Origin: an uncultured virus (IMG/VR IMGVR_UViG_3300001344_000002)
Taxonomy: Duplodnaviria; Heunggongvirae; Uroviricota; Caudoviricetes
Strand: one strand, 5' to 3'
DNA: 64,000 nucleotides
IMG/VR virus record: IMGVR_UViG_3300001344_000002
Numbering within the stretch: the first letter of the stretch is position 1; the number at the start of each line of letters is the position of its first letter. The translations under genes were made by a program, and so were the position numbers. Shown in pieces: positions 37,252 to 45,600 of the stretch. Under the pieces are notes generated by a model that had not been told where the DNA came from, did no database searches, and worked only from the letters and a program-made list of their open reading frames with translations.

Positions 37252-37352
37252 TATATATTGCTTTTAGTTTTTTTACATAGTCCTTGACGGCAATACCCTA
37301 AACATATTCTGCCACATGATAACCATTGTATTAATAAACACACTTGTCTCAT
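37251..37352 (-). CDS. Cys-rich peptide (33 aa), not in the ORF track
   Basis: MRQVCLLIQWLSCGRICLGYCRQGLCKKTKSNI; TAATG coupling on both sides. Confidence 0.55.
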   Translation of the reverse strand: MRQVCLLIQWLSCGRICLGYCRQGLCKKTKSNI

Positions 37353-37519
37353 TACTTCTTTTTACCTTTAAGTGCTTTTACTGCAGCTTTAGTTCTTTTC
37401 TTAGTTTCTTTAGCACCAGCAATAACTTTTTCATCAACTTCTGTCTTAGACCAGGCCCATTTCCAATAGTCCTGTAGGCTAAATGTCCATACTACGTGTA
37501 AAATTTTCTTAATCATCAT
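37352..37519 (-). CDS. small basic protein (55 aa), not in the ORF track
   Basis: MMIKKILHVVWTFSLQDYWKWAW...KALKGKKK; TAATG coupling. Confidence 0.55.
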   Translation of the reverse strand: MMIKKILHVVWTFSLQDYWKWAWSKTEVDEKVIAGAKETKKRTKAAVKALKGKKK

Positions 37520-37570
37520 TTTTAATTTACATTACTATACTAATAATATACAAATTTTAAAGAACCTAAT

Positions 37571-37590
37571 CAAATATAATAGTATATTTG
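37571..37590. promoter_or_regulatory. divergent Bacteroidota-type -7 elements
   Basis: TATATTTG on the - strand (37571-37578) and the + strand (37583-37590), between divergent operons. Confidence 0.5.
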
Positions 37591-37670
37591 TAAATAGTTG
37601 GTCAGAATTGTATATAGATAATATACAAAATTTCTCTTAAAAAATTTATAAATCTTTTAATAACAAACTT

Positions 37671-37859
37671 ATGAATAAAGTAGATCCAATAATTTTTAAA
37701 AATAAATTCAGCATTGAGTTTTTACCTACTGAGACACTCCTTGGTTTAAAAACTATTAATTGTGAAGTACTATGTGAAGACAATGAATACCGTTGGGTAA
37801 ATGGTATAGAAATAGGTCTTGTATTTTTTACATTCACATATGCAAATATGAAGTCATAA
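37671..37859 (+). CDS. small hypothetical protein
   Basis: 62-aa ORF followed by a terminator. Confidence 0.55.
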   Translation: MNKVDPIIFKNKFSIEFLPTETLLGLKTINCEVLCEDNEYRWVNGIEIGLVFFTFTYANMKS

Positions 37860-37900
37860 ATTTTACTGTCTAAAAAATTTTGACTAAATTATACTTACCT

Positions 37901-37930
37901 AGCTGCACTCTTTTCAGGGTGTGGCTTTTT
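37901..37930 (+). terminator. intrinsic terminator
   Basis: AGCTGCACTCT/AGGGTGTGGCT stem followed by a T-tract. Confidence 0.65.
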
Positions 37931-37950
37931 AATCCTTAATAAATAACCTT

Positions 37951-38931
37951 ATGAACAAAGACATCTTTAAACCTAGAACAAATATATTACCTTATGAGTA
38001 CCCTCAACTATTAGCATACAAGGATGCTATAAGACATTCTTACTGGATAGACACTGAGTTTAATTTTACAGAAGACATTCAAGACTTTAAGGTCACTATA
38101 TCTAATAAAGAAAAAGATGTTATTAAAAAGACAATGCTTGCTATTGCTCAAATAGAGGTTAATGTAAAAACTTTTTGGGGAGATCTTTATAAGCGTATGC
38201 CTATTACAGAAATAGGTGATGTTGGTTTTACTTTTGCTGAGTCAGAAGTAAGACACAAAGATGCTTACGCCAGACTGCTTAGAATACTAGGATTAGAAAA
38301 AGAATTTCAATCAGTAGTTGAAGTACCGGCAATAGAAGGTAGACTTAAGTATTTAAAAAAGTACTTAGATGGTACACGTTCTAGAGATAATAAAATGTAT
38401 ACTAAGTCTGTATTACTGTTCTCTTTATTTATAGAGCACGTAAGTCTATTCAGTCAGTTCCTAATTATGATGAGTTTCAACAAAGAAAAAAATGTACTTA
38501 AAGGTATATCTAATGTTGTTGAGGCCACTAGTAAAGAAGAAGAGATACACGGAAACTTTGGTGCTGAAATTATCAATATTATTAAAAAAGAAAACCCTGA
38601 ATGGTTTGATGCAGAGTTTGAAGAGCTCATCTATTCTGCATGTAGAAAAGCGTATAGAGCAGAATGTGGTATACTAGATTGGATCTTTGAGCAAGGAGAA
38701 TTAGATTTCCTACCTAAGCAAACTGTCTATCACTTTATAAAAAATAGATTTAATAACTCTTTAGAAAAGATAGGCATGAAACCAATCTTTGAAGTAGATA
38801 ATGAATTATTAAAATCAGTGGAATGGTTTGACATAGAGATAACTGGAACCAAAGAAGGAGACTTCTTTTACAAAAAGAGTGTAGACTACAATAAAAAAAG
38901 TAAAAGCATCACAGTTGATGATTTATTTTAA
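37951..38931 (+). CDS. nrdB: ribonucleotide reductase beta subunit (class Id-like)
   Basis: AIAQIEVNVKTFW, ESEVRHKDAY, EEEIH and DFF..KSVDY motifs. Confidence 0.92.
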   Translation: MNKDIFKPRTNILPYEYPQLLAYKDAIRHSYWIDTEFNFTEDIQDFKVTISNKEKDVIKKTMLAIAQIEVNVKTFWGDLYKRMPITEIGDVGFTFAESEVRHKDAYARLLRILGLEKEFQSVVEVPAIEGRLKYLKKYLDGTRSRDNKMYTKSVLLFSLFIEHVSLFSQFLIMMSFNKEKNVLKGISNVVEATSKEEEIHGNFGAEIINIIKKENPEWFDAEFEELIYSACRKAYRAECGILDWIFEQGELDFLPKQTVYHFIKNRFNNSLEKIGMKPIFEVDNELLKSVEWFDIEITGTKEGDFFYKKSVDYNKKSKSITVDDLF

Positions 38932-38943
38932 AAACAAAAACCA

Positions 38944-40569
38944 ATGGAATATAATAAATACTACTGGCTGAATGAAGACAGCCGCACATTTTTATCAAGA
39001 GGGTATATATCAGAAAGCCCTGAACAAAGAATCAAAGACATTGCTATAAAAGCAGAAAAGTATTTGAATATAAAAGGCTTTGCAGAAAAGTTTGAGGACT
39101 ACATGGCAAGAGGGTTTTACTCTCTGTCTACTCCTGTATGGATTAATTTTGGTAAACAAAAAGGTTTGCCTATAAGCTGTTACGGATCTAATGTTGATGA
39201 CAACTTAGACAGCATATTAAATGCAGGGCGTGAAATTGGAATGATGAGTAAATATGGGGGAGGTACAAGTGCTTTTATTGGCAACATTAGAGCAAGAGGA
39301 ACAGAAATATCTACAGGTGGTTTTGCTGATGGTCCAGTTCATTATGCTAAGATTTATGATACAGTAGTAGATGTATGCAAGCAATCTGAAGCAAGACGTG
39401 GTGCTTGTGCAGTGTACCTACCAGTTGAACATCCAGACATCTCAGAGTTCTTAGACATAGGGACAGAAGGTAATCCTATACAAAACTTACAGTATGGAGT
39501 TACAGTTACAGATCAGTGGATGAATGAAATGAAAGAAGGAGATAAAGGTAAGCGTAAGGTGTGGGCAAAAATTATTCAGAACAGAAGTGAGTTTGGCTTT
39601 CCTTATATTATGTTTAAAGACAACTCTAACAATAACTCTCCTTACAAAGAGCTTGGAATGGAGATCACAGCTTCAAACTTATGTTCAGAAATTCAGCTTC
39701 CTACAGATAGTTATAACTCTTTTGTATGCTGTCTTGGGTCTATTAACTTATTACACTGGGATCAGATAAAAGAAACTGATGCAATTGAGACGTATGTGTA
39801 TTTCTTAAATGCAGTAATGGATGAATTCATTATTAAGTCTGAGACTATGCCGGGTATGAAGAGAGCATTTAACTTTGCTGAGAAACATAGAGCTATTGGC
39901 CTTGGTGTGTTAGGTTATCATTCTTTGTTTCAATCAAAGCTTCTTGAGTTTGACTCACTACAAGCTAAAGGATTAAATAGTGAAATCTTTAGAACACTAA
40001 AAGACAGAAGTGAAATTGCTTCTAGAGAGTTACATAATGACTATGGATACACATCTCTTAGAGAAGGATATGCTAATACTACTCTTATGGCCATTGCTCC
40101 TACTAAGTCTAGTTCATTTATACACGGTGCTGTGTCTATGGGTATAGAGCCTATCAAGTCTAACTACTTTATTAAAGATCTTGCTAAGTCTAAGACTATC
40201 TACAAGAATCCATTTTTGGAAGAGGAGCTTGAGAAGCACGGTCTAAATACAGACAAGACTTGGAAGTCTATCTTAAAGAAAGATGGTAGTGTACAACACT
40301 TAGATTTTCCTACCAAAGAAGTATTTAAATCATTTGTTGAGATATCTCCAAAAGAGATTGTATTGCAGGCAGCACAAAGACAAAAGTATATTGATCAGTC
40401 TCAGTCATTAAACTTAATGATAGATCCTTCTGTATCAGCTAAAGATATAAATAAGTTATATATGTATGCTTGGGAAGAGGGTGTAAAAACTTTATACTAT
40501 CAATTTAGTAAAAGCAGTGCTCAAGATTTTGCAAGAAATATTTTAGAGTGTTCTAGCTGTGAAGGCTAG
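38944..40569 (+). CDS. nrdA: ribonucleotide reductase alpha subunit (short, no ATP cone)
   Basis: ISC, SNLCSEI, APTKSSS, KTLYY and C-terminal CSSCEG motifs. Confidence 0.95.
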   Translation: MEYNKYYWLNEDSRTFLSRGYISESPEQRIKDIAIKAEKYLNIKGFAEKFEDYMARGFYSLSTPVWINFGKQKGLPISCYGSNVDDNLDSILNAGREIGMMSKYGGGTSAFIGNIRARGTEISTGGFADGPVHYAKIYDTVVDVCKQSEARRGACAVYLPVEHPDISEFLDIGTEGNPIQNLQYGVTVTDQWMNEMKEGDKGKRKVWAKIIQNRSEFGFPYIMFKDNSNNNSPYKELGMEITASNLCSEIQLPTDSYNSFVCCLGSINLLHWDQIKETDAIETYVYFLNAVMDEFIIKSETMPGMKRAFNFAEKHRAIGLGVLGYHSLFQSKLLEFDSLQAKGLNSEIFRTLKDRSEIASRELHNDYGYTSLREGYANTTLMAIAPTKSSSFIHGAVSMGIEPIKSNYFIKDLAKSKTIYKNPFLEEELEKHGLNTDKTWKSILKKDGSVQHLDFPTKEVFKSFVEISPKEIVLQAAQRQKYIDQSQSLNLMIDPSVSAKDINKLYMYAWEEGVKTLYYQFSKSSAQDFARNILECSSCEG

Positions 40570-40979
40570 TAAGAAGCTTCTCGTCTAACAACCTCTATTG
40601 CTCTAACCATCTTAGGATAGTCTATAGGGCATAGGAGGTCTAGACCGGCTTTAGCTTTAAACTTTATAAATGCGTCTCCTCCTGAAAAAATTAATATGGT
40701 GGGCACCATTCTAATTCTAAATTCTTTCTTTAATGATGGGCACTGAGCTATGTTAGCTCTTAAATATTTTACACCATCAAGATCATCTATCTTCTTCCAG
40801 TCTATAAAAGCATTGTCTTTATTAAACTCTGCCCAAAATTCTATAATAACTATATCTTCATCTTGATCACCTGAGTGTCCATTTATTTCATTAACAAAGC
40901 TATCATCACTAACCCATTGTTGACCCTGTATAGTTGAGGTAATAAACAATGCTAGAATAAACAACAGAACCTTTTTCAT
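40566..40979 (-). CDS. exported thioredoxin-fold protein lacking CxxC
   Basis: Sec-like signal peptide; IIEFWAEFN replaces WAxWCxxC; IRMVPT cis-Pro motif. Confidence 0.65.
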   Translation of the reverse strand: MKKVLLFILALFITSTIQGQQWVSDDSFVNEINGHSGDQDEDIVIIEFWAEFNKDNAFIDWKKIDDLDGVKYLRANIAQCPSLKKEFRIRMVPTILIFSGGDAFIKFKAKAGLDLLCPIDYPKMVRAIEVVRREASY

Positions 40980-40983
40980 AATA

Positions 40984-41271
40984 TTATTTTTTGGTTAACT
41001 CATAGATTCTTTCTTCCATCTTTTCAAACTTCTGAAGTAACATCTCCACGTCTTCCTGAGTTTCCATTATGGTCTGTCTTACAAGTTCATCTTTTAAATC
41101 ATATTCTACTCTTTCTATTGGTGGTTTAGGATTTTCCATAGCCTGAGCTATATCTGCCTTTAATGTAAACCACATGGTTGATAATGAAATTACAAACCCC
41201 ACTATCATCCCTATTGTTTTAAGATCTAAAGTTACTTTTGTTTGTTCTCCAATCTGAGGTACTTCTGCCAT
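40984..41271 (-). CDS. single-pass membrane protein with C-terminal coiled coil
   Basis: TM segment IGMIVGFVISLSTMWF followed by a charged heptad region. Confidence 0.7.
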   Translation of the reverse strand: MAEVPQIGEQTKVTLDLKTIGMIVGFVISLSTMWFTLKADIAQAMENPKPPIERVEYDLKDELVRQTIMETQEDVEMLLQKFEKMEERIYELTKK

Positions 41272-41285
41272 TGTTTTATTTTTTT

Positions 41286-42554
41286 TTACTTAAATGTATA
41301 ATTAAATCCTACTGTTGATTGAAACAGTTGACTGTCCCACATCTTGGAATATTCTCCTTCAACAAATACCCCAAAATTTTTATTAATCTTCCAACCTAAA
41401 TTAGCACCAAAAGAATAGTCTGACCATTGCTCTAGCTTAGAATCTTCTCTCAAACCTCCTTTACCCCAGTTATTTCTATTTAAATAAGAACAAACTTCAT
41501 CTCCTTTTAAGTATCTGTGATATGGTAGTATATAATTTGCATATGCATGTACCCAGAAATTTCTTTTATAATGATAAAAATCCATTCCTACTATTGGTGC
41601 TATCTCACCAAATGCATCTATCTCTGAAAATGCCTCATTGTTAAAGCGGTTCATCAGCTGAGTAAATATAGTTTCTCTAAATTCTAAATCTGAATCTGCT
41701 ACTCTATTACCATCTGGATCTACCCAATACCAACCAGAAGTTTGATTACCATTTTCATCAGTTTCTGTGTAATAAATATCATCATAACCATATTCAAATC
41801 CTAAGGTATACCAAGGGTTTGCTGGATATTCAAACTCCTCACCTGTATTTGGGTCAGTATACATCACTGTTTCATTTAACCAGATCTCAATTGGATTATA
41901 ACCATAAGCACGGGTGTGAGTACGGTAGATTGCACCCGCAGAGATGCTAAACTTTTCTCCTATAGGTAACCTTAATCTTGCTTCTGCTGACTCATAAGCT
42001 AGGTTTATCTTTCCTACTTCTCTTGACTCAACTTTAAATATATGATGTTTGCCTGTATGTTTTATAAAAACCCTATGATTGCTGAAGTCTTCCCCTCTCC
42101 AACGTTCCTTTTCCCAATGTAATTGATATTCTAAACCTGCTAATGCAGATGTTGGTGCACTAAATGCTAACTGCTCTTCAGTACCATCATAAAAGTTTCT
42201 AGGTTTTCTTTCATAATTAAACCTTGCTAGTTTTCTAATACCAAAACCTATTCTATAATCAAATGGATATTCAGGTGTATTATCTACAACAACAGGAATA
42301 TCATATAAACCATTTCCATCTCCTGTTCTAACAAAATAAGTTGACTCATCAGCTTCTATAGAGTTGTTTATATCACCAGCACCGTATATAGTACCATACT
42401 TTAAAAAGTCTTTATAAAGACCCTTAAAGAATTGTTTATTTTCCCAACCTTTTTTAAGTTTAATTATTTGGTCTTCTGGAAGAGTATCTATTTGTGCTTG
42501 AAGGGGTGTATAAAATAGAATAAAGATGACCAGCAGATGTATACATTTTTTCAT
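41286..42554 (-). CDS. putative outer-membrane beta-barrel protein
   Basis: Signal peptide ending LQA-Q; alternating aromatic strands; C-terminal VGFNYTFK resembling a beta-signal. Confidence 0.65.
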   Translation of the reverse strand: MKKCIHLLVIFILFYTPLQAQIDTLPEDQIIKLKKGWENKQFFKGLYKDFLKYGTIYGAGDINNSIEADESTYFVRTGDGNGLYDIPVVVDNTPEYPFDYRIGFGIRKLARFNYERKPRNFYDGTEEQLAFSAPTSALAGLEYQLHWEKERWRGEDFSNHRVFIKHTGKHHIFKVESREVGKINLAYESAEARLRLPIGEKFSISAGAIYRTHTRAYGYNPIEIWLNETVMYTDPNTGEEFEYPANPWYTLGFEYGYDDIYYTETDENGNQTSGWYWVDPDGNRVADSDLEFRETIFTQLMNRFNNEAFSEIDAFGEIAPIVGMDFYHYKRNFWVHAYANYILPYHRYLKGDEVCSYLNRNNWGKGGLREDSKLEQWSDYSFGANLGWKINKNFGVFVEGEYSKMWDSQLFQSTVGFNYTFK

Positions 42555-42658
42555 ATATATAAATTAATTGTTTACTAAGTACTGCTGGTTTATAATATAA
42601 TATACACAATCTAAATGATCCTTAAAAATTATTTCACTGCAAATTTGACGTGTAAACC

Positions 42659-45600
42659 TTATTTAATATAGAAGTCATTATTTTTTTCAAAAGAAAAGTA
42701 TTTTTGTATTGAATAAAGTAGAGGTAAAACATCATACCAGTTCTTTGCTAATTTTAATTCTCCTTTTCTTGGCTTATTTTGATAAACAATAGAGCTATCC
42801 TGTAAGAACTCTTCATCAGATAAAAATAACCACTTAATAGGAGTCTGTACAGTTAACTCCATAGCTTCACCAAGCTCTCCTAAAGTTCTTGTAGATGCAA
42901 TAGGTGTCTTGGCCATTTGATATAGTTGTTGAAATCCACCAAGTCCTGGTACTGGAACAAACATTACCATCTCTTTTCTAGATCTAACTGCAGTATAAGC
43001 TATAAAGTTTTTAAGTTTTCTTTCTAATCCTTCATCATCATCATCTGCTCCTTTTAATATTGATGTTAAAATAAATAAGTTCATTATTAAAAACGCTTCA
43101 CCCAAGGTTCTGTATACATTTTTAAGTAGCATGTTTCCTTTATTTGCATCATAAAATTCCTCACCATCTAAGTTTTCTGAGTAACCATATGCTTCCTTAA
43201 AGCTTGCACCTAGATTTGTTCCGTATGATCCCATACCTTGACCTTGCATTACTTTACCACCATACTTACTTACACCACCTAAATATTTTATAAACTTATA
43301 CATAGACTTGTATCTACCTTCAATCCATCCTAAATTTTGGTCATAGTATTGTTGTTGGAATCTTGCTCTAAATGCAGGCATAACCCATTTATGAAACTGT
43401 GCTATAAGTATACCTAAGAAGTTATTCTGTATTACCATTCTATCTTCTCTTGCATAGTTACCGTGAATTTGCTTGTTAACTTCACGTATTCTGTTTCTTA
43501 ATCTTGCTCTGTAAGTATTATTATAAGGTTGTGTAAATCCAGTTCTTTTATCTATAACTGTATCAAAGCCTTCTTTTAAAGTTGCTGTTTGAGTTTCAGC
43601 ATCCCAATCCCATGCTTCACGTATACTCAACGTCTCATTACCATCTGTTAAAAAAGTACTATATAGTATAGCATGACCTACTGTACTTTGTGCATAGTAT
43701 TCAGCACCTTGGTTAAATGAATAACCAAAGCTTGTGAATCTTTCCCATAAAGTTCCAGTGTCTTCTCTACCACTAAATGTTTCTCTAATATCTGCATCAT
43801 TATCCATCATATAATAATGATCTGATAACCATTCATATAATGATAGTGGTTTCTTTATATCATAATTACCTTTCTTTAGTTTAACTTTATTTAAAGTTGC
43901 AACTCTACCCGTAAAGTCTGCAAAGTCTCCTATAGTATCAGGAGTTCTTTGGATTATCCCCTGTACTGCTGTATATGCAAAGTCTTGTTGTGCTCTCTTA
44001 TATCCTTGTCCTGTAAAGTATAAACCACCCATTGCTTCAATTGCATTATTCAACTGACCAATAGTAAGGTTATTAAAGTTACCAAACACATTAAAAGCTA
44101 CATATGCTAATGAAGATGCATTTACTAGTAGGTTTGTAGTTTTTTCTATAGCACCTTGAGTAATCTGATCATTATCATAAAACGTCATCTTCATATAATG
44201 ATGAGCTCTTCTAGCAGCATTACTTTGTAAACCATCATAGTTTTTCTTACCAACTTCTTTTGTTATAGAGCCTTTTGCTTTATCATATAGTTTACCAACA
44301 TAGGTTGTTGCACCAGGTGCTTGATACTGTCTCATCTCTATAACCTTAACTATAGCCTGAAGTGAATCTTCTATTTCACTCATTGCCTCAAAGTTCTCAG
44401 CCATTGTACTAAACTTGATCATGCTTTTGACCATGTCTTTTTCAAGCTGACCTTTTGTAGGTTTGTTTCTCAATGATGCAAACTGTGCCTCTAGCTGTGC
44501 TCTTTTCTTTTCAAATACGTTTAAAGTAATCTTACCTTCTTTTCTTTCTTGTCTAAGCACTTCCATTTCATTCTGCACCTGCTCCAAAGCACCATCAACT
44601 CCTGCTGAACCAGTATAATAAACAGGTAAAGTATCTATCAAGTTTCCATCATTATCTACTTGAACAATTCTTTGTGTTGACGTTGTTGTAAAAAACTGTC
44701 TAACACTTCTTACCATTCTTGGTAAAAGTTTTGTAAATATTGGTGGTCTTTCTGTAAGATCTCTAACTAAGTTGTTTCTTATAATTGGCACTTTACCTAG
44801 CATCTTATTCCTCACTGATTTAGGTAACGCATTAAGCATAGACTCATAATCACTTATAAATATATCATAAAAGTTTTTTCTTGCTTGACCTAACGCATCA
44901 GTAGGATTCATTATAGCCTCATACTTTTTACTAAGTAGAGAAACTTCTTGCCCTTTACTATCTATATAAGAATCTTTTGCTTCTACATAATCAGGCCTAA
45001 CAGAAGGATATGATTGATTTTCTATTATAACCCCTGTAGGATCTTTTTGAGCATCCTTATACATTTTTGTATATGGTTGTTCTTGATAATATTTTCTTCT
45101 AAATGATTCATAAGCTTGTTTAGAAACACCTGATTTTTGTACCCAGTTACCCCCTTCACCATTAGACCAAGGTTGAAAGTACTCAAACTTTGCTCTTATC
45201 TTAATAAAATCATCTGTATACTTATGATACTTACCAGAACGGAGTTGTCCATCTTCATAAACTTCTGCATTCATAAAATCTCCAAATGCTTTTCTTTTAA
45301 GATAGACTTGTTTGTTGTAGTCTAGATCTTTTTGTTTAGCATTAACTAAAGAATGTACAGGTCTATATTTAATTGGCTTACCATTAATATCATATAACTC
45401 ATCTCTTAAAGCAGTCTTTTGTGAATAGTATTGCTGCCCTATTCTTTGTGTATACAAACCTGTAAAGTTCCCCTCCTCATCAAACTCCAACATAAAATCA
45501 TACAGCTTTTGTAAATCTGTTTCTGTATCTAAGGAAAGTATTGCTGCACCTCCTTCTCTAAGCCTCTTTTCTCTAAGTTTAACTTTATCTAAAAACTCAA

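Noticed and set aside
21785..40569. Introns or inteins in polB, nrdA or nrdB, or a diversity-generating retroelement acting on the fibre genes
   Set aside because: The genes are compact and uninterrupted, and no reverse transcriptase or TR/VR repeat pair is visible
40566..40979. Thioredoxin as the RNR reductant
   Set aside because: It has no CxxC, carries a signal peptide and belongs to the opposite-strand operon
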